From: an uncultured Synergistales bacterium
GTDB taxonomy: Bacteria > Synergistota > Synergistia > Synergistales > Aminobacteriaceae
NCBI GenBank assembly: GCA_905233295.1
Contig: CAJODX010000008.1
Coordinates: 1 to 28,451, forward strand
Reading direction: 5' to 3'
Length of the DNA stretch: 28,451 bases
The notes beneath the pieces were generated by a model. That model was not told the DNA's origin. It searched no databases and worked only from the letters and a program-made list of their open reading frames with translations. The translations under genes were made by a program, and so were the position numbers. Shown here piece after piece: positions 1 through 7,995 of the stretch (within the stretch, counting starts at the first letter, position 1; the number at the start of each line of letters is the position of its first letter).

Positions 1-1454
1 AATGAAATTTCAGGAACGCCCTTAAAATTTTTGAGTTTTATGTCGGAATAATTTTTCATATTCGGGAACAGTGAAAGCACAATATTTTTTAAATTTTCTG
101 GTTCGGGATTCGCATCTTTCATCATAAAATCGTTCCATGAACCTCTCAGAAGGATTCTGACATTTCCGTTTAATAATCCGTTTTCGGAAAGCTGAAGATC
201 CATTATCGCCGACATTCTGTTGTCTGTGGATTTTAACGCAGGAATCCGGCGCGGCGTGAGTTTCCCTGTGCTTGTATTAAATCCGAAAATTTTCGCGCCC
301 GCAAGCAGAGCCGGAGAGTTCATGTCGTGAAAATTTGAATCTTTGCCTCTCATGTATTCAAGCACTGGACTGAAAAACATTTCGGAACATAAAGGCGTTT
401 CGTCATCAATTTCAAACGGGAGCTGCCAGTCAAGATAAGATTCGATTTTATTTGCCGACAGCCATGAACGTGCAAGCAGAATTTTTTCACGTTTTGTCAG
501 CGGCATTGAAAGGTTGGGGATTTTCCGCGCCTTACCTTCAGCGAGTTCTGTTTCAGGATGTTTCATAAGCCACGAAATTATTTTCTGCGGATTATTGCCA
601 GCCTCTGATGGTGCGGATATTCCTGTGTTTTCGTTTTCTTTTAAAAGACCTGTGAGTGTCGTGCCGCCGGTGCGTGTTCCGAAAATAACTCCCTGTCTTT
701 GAAGCCGCGCGAGTTCGCCTGACGTATAAGGTTCAATGTTGATTCTCCGCCATGTGTATGAATATTCGCCGTTTAAAAATTCACGTTCTGAAGGATATAT
801 AGCCGGAAATGTTTTATATTTAAGTTCCTGAGGCGATGCAATATCGACAACGGACTCCCAGACCCTTAAATCTTCCTGAAACCAGCAAAGTCCTTCGATT
901 GAAAGCTGTTTCGGCAAAATTTCACGCCACGCGACAACCAAAATAAAATTTTCGGGCAGCCCCAGAAAATCTATTTTTTTGATTCCGGCTTCGTTATTTT
1001 CCTCAATGTTTGCGCTTGAAATTTTATTCAGCGTTGTAACGTCGTGAACATCTGCAAGCAAAATTTCCGTTTCGCCGTCTGCAGGTGTCTGGATATTCCA
1101 TTCGAGCCATTTTTTATCAAGACCGCGCCTGCCGAGAATGACATAAAGCCGCGTAATTTCAAGTCCGCTGCCGGAGTTTGCGACGTCAGAATATTTAAGC
1201 CAGATTATTCCGTTATCATTCGGATAAGTCGTAAAATCTGGATTCATACTCTTCATTCTGGATAAATTAAAATCCGGAGTGTCTGACTGTGTGAAATTTC
1301 CAGTGCCTTTGTAATTCGGCATCAGTCCTGACATGTTCATATCTTCAAGATTTCGGACGTTCACCGAAAAATTTTCCATTAAATCTCCGCCGTATGAGAT
1401 TCCGGCGAAAGTAAAAATAAAAACAAAAATTAAATAATTCCTGAGTTTTTTCAT
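1..1454 (-). CDS. Exported DUF3857 / transglutaminase-like domain protein (partial, runs off the left edge)
   Basis: Not in the ORF track. Manual translation from ATG at 1454 gives 484 codons with no stop to the window edge. N-terminus MKKLRNYLIFVFIFTFAGISYG is a signal peptide. Motifs YPNDNGIIWLKY, WFQEDLRVWESVVDI, YSYTWRRINIEP and NRMSAIMDLQLSENGLLNGNVRILLRG resemble the DUF3857-transglutaminase-DUF3858 architecture. Confidence 0.75.
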   Translation of the reverse strand, partial: MKKLRNYLIFVFIFTFAGISYGGDLMENFSVNVRNLEDMNMSGLMPNYKGTGNFTQSDTPDFNLSRMKSMNPDFTTYPNDNGIIWLKYSDVANSGSGLEITRLYVILGRRGLDKKWLEWNIQTPADGETEILLADVHDVTTLNKISSANIEENNEAGIKKIDFLGLPENFILVVAWREILPKQLSIEGLCWFQEDLRVWESVVDIASPQELKYKTFPAIYPSEREFLNGEYSYTWRRINIEPYTSGELARLQRQGVIFGTRTGGTTLTGLLKENENTGISAPSEAGNNPQKIISWLMKHPETELAEGKARKIPNLSMPLTKREKILLARSWLSANKIESYLDWQLPFEIDDETPLCSEMFFSPVLEYMRGKDSNFHDMNSPALLAGAKIFGFNTSTGKLTPRRIPALKSTDNRMSAIMDLQLSENGLLNGNVRILLRGSWNDFMMKDANPEPENLKNIVLSLFPNMKNYSDIKLKNFKGVPEIS

Positions 1455-1485
1455 TATTTTCATTCCCGTTTCCTGAGATTTTGCT

Positions 1486-1520
1486 ATCTTAACATGAAAA
1501 AAAATTTTTTGTGATAAGAT
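1486..1520. promoter_or_regulatory. Candidate back-to-back extended -10 elements / inverted repeat between divergent genes
   Basis: TGTTAAGAT on the minus strand (1486-1494) and TGATAAGAT on the plus strand (1512-1520), 17 bp apart, in the only spacer between two divergent genes. Confidence 0.4.
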
Positions 1521-1529
1521 ATTTTCACT

Positions 1530-2252
1530 ATGATTTACATTACAGGAATCGGACCGGGCAATATGGAAGGTCTTACTGCGGAGGCACTGTCAGCGTTAAG
1601 AAAATGCGACATAATTTCGGGGTATAAAGTTTATGCTGACCTTGTAAAAAAATTTCTGCCGGAAAAAAATTTTTCAGTTTATCCAATGCGGAGTGAAATT
1701 GAACGTTGCGAAGATGCCCTTGAACTTTCAAAAAACGGCAAATGCGCGGCTTTAATTTCGAGCGGCGATCCGGGCGTTTACGGAATGGCGGGTTTAATGC
1801 TTGAAATCGCAAAAGACTCGAACGAAGAAATAAAAATTATTCCCGGTGTAACGGCTGCAAATTCTGCGGCGGCAATTTTAGGCGCACCATTGATGAATGA
1901 TTACGCTGTCATAAGCCTGAGCGATTTAATGACAAGCTGGGAAATAATTTTAAAACGTCTCAAGGCTGCGTGTGATGGAGATTTTGTAATTTGCATTTAT
2001 AATCCTGCGAGCCGCGGCAGACCGAAAAATTTCAAGAAAGCCTGTGAGTTTTTGCTGAAATATAAATCCCCTGAAACTCCTTGTGGCTATGTACGCAACA
2101 TAAAACGCGAAAATCCCGAAGCTGAAATTATGACGCTTGAAAAAATTCGGGACTGCGAAAAAATTGACATGCTCACGACTGTAATAATCGGAAATTCAAA
2201 AACTTATGTTCTGAACGGAAAATTAATCACACCTAGGGGATATGAAATTTAA
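1530..2252 (+). CDS. cobJ: Precorrin-3B C17-methyltransferase
   Basis: N-terminal IYITGIGPG, ISSGDPGVYGMAG, IPGVTAANSAAAILGAPLMNDYAVISLSD and C-terminal DMLTTVIIGNSKT...ITPRGY are hallmarks of CobJ/CbiH. Confidence 0.93.
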   Translation: MIYITGIGPGNMEGLTAEALSALRKCDIISGYKVYADLVKKFLPEKNFSVYPMRSEIERCEDALELSKNGKCAALISSGDPGVYGMAGLMLEIAKDSNEEIKIIPGVTAANSAAAILGAPLMNDYAVISLSDLMTSWEIILKRLKAACDGDFVICIYNPASRGRPKNFKKACEFLLKYKSPETPCGYVRNIKRENPEAEIMTLEKIRDCEKIDMLTTVIIGNSKTYVLNGKLITPRGYEI

Positions 2253-2302
2253 TTAAAAAAATAAAAGAGGCGGAAAGTTTCTGTTCATGCTTCCCAGCCT
2301 CT
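2253..2302 (-). terminator. Imperfect hairpin terminator between convergent cobJ and MCP
   Basis: AGAGGC-GGAA...TTCC-CA-GCCTCT (2266-2302), followed on the minus strand by TTTTATTTTTTT. Confidence 0.5.
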
Positions 2303-2314
2303 GAATATTTTATT

Positions 2315-4009
2315 TTATTCTATTTCACTGTCAAAATGCGCGACTGCTTTTCTCAAATCTTCAGCAAGAGAATTAATCGTGTCTGTGTCTTGTGCAACGC
2401 TTTCAACGTTCTCTGCAATGACTTCGACGGACGCAGCGACTTCTTCATTTGTTGCCGATGTGTGTTCTGCGATTTCAACAAGGCTGGCAACGGAGTTTAA
2501 TATCAGATTTTTAATTTCTTCAAGTTTTGCCGTAACTTCAGAAACTGAATTTATTTCTTTGATGGACGTTCCGATCCCATCATTAAGCATTTTGAATTTG
2601 TCCCGCGTTTCCTTGAGCAGCTCATCTTCACCGCTCATAATGTTATGAACATTCGTTGTTTCGGCAACACATTCATCTGAAAGAGATCTGATCTCAGTTA
2701 CAACATCCTGAATCTGTTCTGCCGACTCTTCGGACTGTTCAGCGAGTTTTTTGATTTCGGCGGCAACAACTCCGAAACCGCGTCCGGCTTCACCTGCTCT
2801 TGCGGCTTCGATGCTGGCGTTGAGCGATAATAAATTTGTCTGTGATGCTATGCCGCTGATTATCGTTACCATGTCATTGATTTTTGAAATTGAGCTGTTT
2901 GTCGTGTTGACTTTTTCGGTGATAATGTCAACCGCCTTAGCCGTTTTCAATGAAGATTCAGCAACGCTTTCAAAACATTCAGCCGCCTGACCGTTTGCCT
3001 CATTCATTATTCCGGAATGTTTCGTCAGAGTTTCGACATTCGCAGCTGCCTTGTCAATGATTTCGCCCAAGTCAATAACGTTTTTGTTTATGTCTCTGAC
3101 GTTTTCGCTCATTGTAACGGTTTTCTTTGCGAGGTCTTCTATTGAGTTCGCAATCTGAGATGCCGAGTGTGATGACTCGTGAGCCATATTTTCTGTTGAA
3201 CCTATCGTTTCGATTAATGATGCCACGGATTCGTGAATCACTCCGATTGAATCGCGCAGGACTTCGCCGAGTTTGTCAGTCGCGTCCAAAAGCTGAGAGG
3301 TTTCTTTTATTGCCGTTTTGGAATTTGTGTAAATGTCAAGGTTTCCGTGAGAAAGTTTTTCCATGTTAAGAGCAACATCTTGGAGCGGAGATGAAATTCT
3401 GCTGGCAACAATAAATGATATAACAGTCAAGACACATATCAGCGTTGCGCTGATCCAGATTATGTGTTTGTAGATGCTGGCTTCGGCTGCTTTGATATGC
3501 GTCGCGGGTTTGCCTGCGAAAGCCATTCCGATAATTTTATTATTGTGTTTCAGGGGCATGTAATAAACATAATAATCAGTATCGTTTATCACTACATCAT
3601 CGTCATAGAAATCTTTGCCTTCTTTTACGATGTTCCAGACGGAATCAGAGGCTTTTGTGCCTTCAATCCTGTTGCCGTTCCCGTCTTTGATGCTCGTAAC
3701 GTGCCTTACATTGTCTTTGAACAGAGTTAAATCCACGCCAAGGGTTTTCATCGAGTCAACATAAGACGGATCGTAAGGCGGAAATCTGCCGTAGGTCATA
3801 TTAATTCTATTTTCATAAAATTCCTTCATTGAGCGCGATGCAACCATTAATTCTTCTTTTGTGCCGGCTTCAAGATTTTCGACCACGATGTCTGAAGTAA
3901 TATAAGCGATAGTTGACACAGCCAAAATCATAGGCAGCAAACCAATCATAACCAGAACTATTCTGATGTTGATGTTACCTTTTAATTTTCGATTGAAAGT
4001 GAGAGCCAT
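2315..4009 (-). CDS. Methyl-accepting chemotaxis protein (TM-Cache-TM-HAMP-MA)
   Basis: Two TM segments flank a Cache-like sensor ([41 protein letters not shown]). Signalling hairpin [45 protein letters not shown] upstream. Confidence 0.95.
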   Translation of the reverse strand: MALTFNRKLKGNINIRIVLVMIGLLPMILAVSTIAYITSDIVVENLEAGTKEELMVASRSMKEFYENRINMTYGRFPPYDPSYVDSMKTLGVDLTLFKDNVRHVTSIKDGNGNRIEGTKASDSVWNIVKEGKDFYDDDVVINDTDYYVYYMPLKHNNKIIGMAFAGKPATHIKAAEASIYKHIIWISATLICVLTVISFIVASRISSPLQDVALNMEKLSHGNLDIYTNSKTAIKETSQLLDATDKLGEVLRDSIGVIHESVASLIETIGSTENMAHESSHSASQIANSIEDLAKKTVTMSENVRDINKNVIDLGEIIDKAAANVETLTKHSGIMNEANGQAAECFESVAESSLKTAKAVDIITEKVNTTNSSISKINDMVTIISGIASQTNLLSLNASIEAARAGEAGRGFGVVAAEIKKLAEQSEESAEQIQDVVTEIRSLSDECVAETTNVHNIMSGEDELLKETRDKFKMLNDGIGTSIKEINSVSEVTAKLEEIKNLILNSVASLVEIAEHTSATNEEVAASVEVIAENVESVAQDTDTINSLAEDLRKAVAHFDSEIE

Positions 4010-4103
4010 GACAAAAACACCTCAAATAAAAAATAATCAGAATTTTATAATAAAAAAAATTTTTTTGCTATATCTGAAAAAATTTAAAAAATTTTTGTTA
4101 ATA

Positions 4104-5168
4104 TTATTTGAAAAATTTTGATGTGGGATATTTTGCTCTTGCTGAGTTAATCGCTTTCAAAAGATTTTTCCGTAAATCTTCAGCTGAGGTCATTCCTTTT
4201 ACATTCTTCGCGGCAAGTCTGTTCCCGATGTATAAATTTCCGTTCCGCGTTTGAATTTCATAAGGCGCGAGTTCAACCTGCAAAAATTTGTCGATATTGT
4301 CTTTAATCTCGCTGACGATTTTTGAATTTTCCTGATTTTTTTCAGCTGTCAGTACCGTTGCACCGTCAATCTCAAGATTAATTTTATTTTTGTCTTCTTT
4401 TATCGAAGTCCGCAGTATTCCCAGCGAATATTTTCTTTCAATCGGAATGTTTCGTGCGTGAAGAATTTTCACCGCCGCGTCAAGTCTTTTCGGTGTGTCA
4501 GGGTGATTCATATAAATTCCGTAATCGTGAATCGGCTGCTTGTATTCCTCCGCCATGAAGCCTTCAAACAGCGTTATCATTCCAGTCGGTGAATATCCGG
4601 ACTGAATAAGAGCCTCAAGCCCGAGCCTGTCAGCTTCAGTTTCAAGTTCAAGAGTGTATGAACTCGTCATGGCAATCTGTGCAACCTGTGCCAAAATTAT
4701 CGGAGCTGCCGCACCGCCGCTCAAAATCATCACAGCCAGTGCGCCTAATGTAACCTTTTGACTTTCAGCGGCGATTTTCAAGCCGTGTTTTCTGTCCGCG
4801 TGAATCATTTCGTGAGCCATGACAGCGGCAATTTCCGAATCCGTTTCGAGCGCTCTCATAATTCCCGTTGTAAAAAAAATAAATCCTCCCGGCAAACAGA
4901 AAGCGTTTAACTCTTCACTGTTTACAAGGCGGACTTCCCAGTCGATACGGCGTTGCATGTAAGGCTCAAGACGGTTGACAATCATCTCCAGCTTTGAAAG
5001 AACCGCAGGATCTGAAGCTAACGGCCATTCTTTTTCGATTTGCTCGATTGCCTTGCGCCCGATCTCGCGCTCTTTTACCAGATCAGGATCAGGCTCTGCT
5101 GCATCTGCGTAATTAAAGGAAAATAAAAAAATTAAAACAAAAAAAATAAAAGCAAAATTTTTTTTCAT
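4104..5168 (-). CDS. M48-family Zn metallopeptidase, exported
   Basis: Signal peptide; NAFCLPGGFIFFTTG; HEMIH (HExxH); ELETEADRLG; NHP. The start overlaps the upstream stop (ATGA). Confidence 0.88.
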   Translation of the reverse strand: MKKNFAFIFFVLIFLFSFNYADAAEPDPDLVKEREIGRKAIEQIEKEWPLASDPAVLSKLEMIVNRLEPYMQRRIDWEVRLVNSEELNAFCLPGGFIFFTTGIMRALETDSEIAAVMAHEMIHADRKHGLKIAAESQKVTLGALAVMILSGGAAAPIILAQVAQIAMTSSYTLELETEADRLGLEALIQSGYSPTGMITLFEGFMAEEYKQPIHDYGIYMNHPDTPKRLDAAVKILHARNIPIERKYSLGILRTSIKEDKNKINLEIDGATVLTAEKNQENSKIVSEIKDNIDKFLQVELAPYEIQTRNGNLYIGNRLAAKNVKGMTSAEDLRKNLLKAINSARAKYPTSKFFK

Positions 5169-5620
5169 ATCATCGAACCTCCCATGCGTGCATAACTTGC
5201 GGCGGCGTTGCGTCCCAGAACACGCGAGGAGATTTGAGAACGCAGAGAATCTTTGTATCTTTCAAGTTCAGCGATTGCGTTGTCCTCTGCCTGCATAATG
5301 CTGTCAGCGATGTTCCGACTCTCCTGAATGAGTTCGGGAAGCTCCGTATCGTCCGGATATAATTCTAACAGACGGTTTCTCAGACCGTTCGGTGAATTGC
5401 TCATGACGGGATTGCTCAAAACATCGCGCCAGCCGTCAGCAAGAAGCTGAAGCTCGGATAAAACGCTGTCTTTCTGTTCAAGCACTCTGAAAAGTTCGTC
5501 CATGTCGCTGTCAAGGACAATGACCTCAAGCTCGCGTGAGATCATTGCCCTCAACTTTTTGCAGAGTTTAATTTCGCGTGAAATCAACTCTTTGGACTGT
5601 TCGAGAACATTAGACTGCAA
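5165..5620 (-). CDS. flgN: FlgN/FliT-like flagellar export chaperone
   Basis: All-helical protein of about 150 aa with a FlgN-like C-terminus (...GRNAAASYAR) directly after fliS. The TTG at 5620 has an AAGGAG SD, so I prefer it to the track start at 5644. Confidence 0.65.
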   Translation of the reverse strand: MQSNVLEQSKELISREIKLCKKLRAMISRELEVIVLDSDMDELFRVLEQKDSVLSELQLLADGWRDVLSNPVMSNSPNGLRNRLLELYPDDTELPELIQESRNIADSIMQAEDNAIAELERYKDSLRSQISSRVLGRNAAASYARMGGSMI

Positions 5621-6170
5621 GAGAAAAACTCCTTGGTGCTGCATTTGCTGTTGTTTTCGGCGGTGTTACCGTTTTCAGAGGTGTTGACGCAGGAGACTGT
5701 GCTGCGGGTTTTTTGCCTTCGATTTCAGCCATTGCATTCTGAAGATCTTTGTCATCAGGGTGTTCGGTCTGATACTCTTTCAACAGTTTCATCAACGCGT
5801 TTTCCCATGTCTGTTTCAGTTCTTCGAGCATTCCGCGTACTGTTCTGAGGTTTTCGGGTTCTTTTTTCATATTTGCATCGACAAGAAGCTGATACATATA
5901 TTCATAAAGCTGAATGAGTTTGTCGCCCATTTCGCCGCCTTTTTCACGGTTGAGCGTTACCATCAGTTCGCGTACAACTTCCTGAGCGCGTATAATCTCA
6001 CGGTTTGCGAGATCATAATCCGGTGTTGCGCCGTTTTTTGCGAGCATAGCATTTTCTGCTGTGTGGCATGCCTTGATGCCAATATCGTAAGTGATGAGAA
6101 GGAGCTGTTCTTTTGTTGCCGTTGAAATTCTGGTTGCCTGATATTTAAACTGTGCGCTGTTGTTAATCAT
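5610..6170 (-). CDS. fliS: Flagellin export chaperone FliS with C-terminal extension
   Basis: YQATRISTATKEQLLLITYD, IIRAQEVVRELMVTLN, LIQLYEYMYQLLVDAN, VRGMLEELKQTW. Confidence 0.93.
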   Translation of the reverse strand: MINNSAQFKYQATRISTATKEQLLLITYDIGIKACHTAENAMLAKNGATPDYDLANREIIRAQEVVRELMVTLNREKGGEMGDKLIQLYEYMYQLLVDANMKKEPENLRTVRGMLEELKQTWENALMKLLKEYQTEHPDDKDLQNAMAEIEGKKPAAQSPASTPLKTVTPPKTTANAAPRSFSLAV

Positions 6171-6210
6171 TTTACTGACCCCCGTTAGTTTTTATTAGCT
6201 GCTGTGTAAT

Positions 6211-6237
6211 ATATCGGCATGAAAAAGAAACTTTTTA
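6211..6237 (-). promoter_or_regulatory. Sigma28 (FliA) promoter of the fliS operon
   Basis: The minus strand reads TAAA-aagtttctttttcat-GCCGATAT: exact TAAA-N15-GCCGAT consensus, 41 nt upstream of the fliS ATG. Confidence 0.85.
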
Positions 6238-6269
6238 ACTTTTTGTTTTCAGGGTTCATTAAAATTAAT

Positions 6270-6291
6270 TGTAAACTTAGTCAGGTTTACA
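6270..6291. promoter_or_regulatory. Palindromic candidate operator TGTAAAC-N8-GTTTACA
   Basis: Perfect 7-bp inverted repeat with an 8-bp spacer in an intergenic region. Confidence 0.45.
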
Positions 6292-6392
6292 TTTCAAAAA
6301 TTTCATTGTTTTTTTAAGGTAGAATATAATTTTAACGTATTAAAAAATTTTTTTGCAGGAGGTTTGAAATAACATTTTGAAAATTTTTATGT

Positions 6393-6416
6393 CTCCCTTC
6401 AAAGGGAGTTTTTTTG
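6393..6416 (+). terminator. Rho-independent terminator (plus strand)
   Basis: CTCCCT-TCAA-AGGGAG followed by a long T tract. Confidence 0.7.
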
Positions 6417-6441
6417 TTTTTTTGCAAATGAAACGGCGGCG

Positions 6442-6478
6442 AAAAAAAATTAAAGCAGACCCATGATTACAGGTCTGC
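6442..6478 (-). terminator. Rho-independent terminator of the lipoprotein gene
   Basis: Minus strand GCAGACC-N10-GGTCTGC followed by TTTAATTTTTTTT, 28 nt after the stop at 6507. Confidence 0.75.
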
Positions 6479-6506
6479 CCCAAAATTCACATAAAATCTG
6501 CGGTGT

Positions 6507-7970
6507 TTAATTTGCCTTAAATCGCAGAACAAATTCGCCCTCTACTGGTGCTTGCTCATTTGAAATAATTGAGAGAAACGCTTCTGTGTCTGAAATGAAT
6601 GAAAGGTTATACGTTGTGTCGTCATCATGGAACTGCAGGAAATTTCCAGAACGGGTCATCTCAAACTGCGCAGTCTCTGATATATTTACAGTTTCTTGCG
6701 ACAGTCCTAAAGAAGCGAGAAAACTGTTTGTGAGCGAGAATGATGTATTAAGATTCATTGAAGCAGTTACAGTATCATCATCATTCATGTTTATATCGGA
6801 AAAACTGAGAGTAGCATTTTGCAGAGTAAATGAAAACGTGTCAAGCAATTTGATAAACTCAATTTCCGGATCATTATCCGGATTAGAAATGTCGCCGACT
6901 TTTACATAACCGCCGCCGTCAAAAGCAGTCCATGTTTTATTCATAGCCGCTTCAAGATCAACGCCGGCTTTTTTCAACGGTAAAAACATGCAGGTCTGTC
7001 CGGCATTGTCCTCAGTTTCAGCCATGAATACAAAAATTTCATCGGTATTCTCAACAAATACAATACCTTCGCCGTTTGTTCCCGTGAATCTGTAAACGTT
7101 GTCATATACTTTCGTCAATGTTTCGCCGGATGCCGGATTAACGATTTGCAAAACAGACGCTTCATCGTTGCCTTCGGTGTTTGAAGTCTTCATGTATAAA
7201 GAATAGAAAGATGACACGTTGCTTGTGAGAGCTGAAGCTTCTTCTTTAGTATTCTTGAAGTGCATTGAAACTGCTTCCGGAACAATAGTTGCGGCAACCT
7301 TGGAGTCAACAGCTAAATAGCCGCCGCCCTGATCTCCGTCTAAATTCCATGTGCCGTCCAAAATCGTTTGCGGACTTATTGAGTTATGCGTTTTATTTAT
7401 AACCGTGCTGAACTCGCAGACATAGTCAAGATAATTAATTTCTCCCGAAAGATTAATTTTTTCTTCTGAAACCATCGTTATTGATAACGTGTCTCCATCG
7501 GGAGTTGTCGCTGTCCATTCATTTGTGCCGTTACGCTGAGTGGATATTGCAACGCCGTTATAGAACACCGGCAAAGAGAAGGAATCGTTGCTGAGAATCA
7601 CGATTGCGGTAAATTTTGCTGTACCGTTTTCCTCTTTGACGTTGCAGTCCTCAAAGAGAGCCATCGCACTCGTTACAGGAACATCAATTTTATTTTCCTG
7701 AAGTTTTGCCTTTTCTTCTTCATATTGTGCCTGTACGTCGTCCGGGAGTTCTTCTTCAAATGCACCAATCCAAGCTTCAACGTCAGCAAGCTCATCACTA
7801 TTATCAGCATTTGTTAGTGAAGCTGTGCCGTCAGATGATGATGTCCATGCGCCGTTCAAAGCCGTGTTCACATCTGTTGAGCCGGTTACGGAATGGCTAC
7901 TGCCTCCGCAGCCCCCTGCAAAAACTATCAGAGAAATTACAAAAAGACCGATAAAAATTTTTCTGTTCAT
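6507..7970 (-). CDS. Hypothetical lipoprotein with three divergent internal repeats
   Basis: Lipoprotein signal MNRKIFIGLFVISLIVFAGGC-GGSS; SD AAGGAG; acidic and beta-rich; recurring (L/M)(N/D)(G/K)(A/T)W..(D)GG motif. Confidence 0.8.
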   Translation of the reverse strand: MNRKIFIGLFVISLIVFAGGCGGSSHSVTGSTDVNTALNGAWTSSSDGTASLTNADNSDELADVEAWIGAFEEELPDDVQAQYEEEKAKLQENKIDVPVTSAMALFEDCNVKEENGTAKFTAIVILSNDSFSLPVFYNGVAISTQRNGTNEWTATTPDGDTLSITMVSEEKINLSGEINYLDYVCEFSTVINKTHNSISPQTILDGTWNLDGDQGGGYLAVDSKVAATIVPEAVSMHFKNTKEEASALTSNVSSFYSLYMKTSNTEGNDEASVLQIVNPASGETLTKVYDNVYRFTGTNGEGIVFVENTDEIFVFMAETEDNAGQTCMFLPLKKAGVDLEAAMNKTWTAFDGGGYVKVGDISNPDNDPEIEFIKLLDTFSFTLQNATLSFSDINMNDDDTVTASMNLNTSFSLTNSFLASLGLSQETVNISETAQFEMTRSGNFLQFHDDDTTYNLSFISDTEAFLSIISNEQAPVEGEFVLRFKAN

Positions 7971-7995
7971 TTATTTTTCTCCTTGCTGACTTTGT

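Noticed and set aside
514-1265. Plus-strand ORFs 514..702 and 1044..1265
   Set aside because: Shadows of the long minus-strand gene 1..1454.
1455-1529. Cobalamin riboswitch before cobJ
   Set aside because: The spacer is only 75 nt, AT-rich, and has no B12-box.
2379-3730. Plus-strand ORFs inside the MCP
   Set aside because: Antisense shadows with no motifs or SD. The same applies to the short antisense or off-frame ORFs in fliF-fliK, flgE, hydE, lptF/G and queA.
5621-5644. Track start for flgN at 5644
   Set aside because: The SD AAGGAG lies inside this stretch and points to TTG at 5620.
6389-6466. 25-codon plus-strand ORF (MSPFKGSF...)
   Set aside because: It runs through the terminator hairpin, and the nearest SD is 26 nt upstream.
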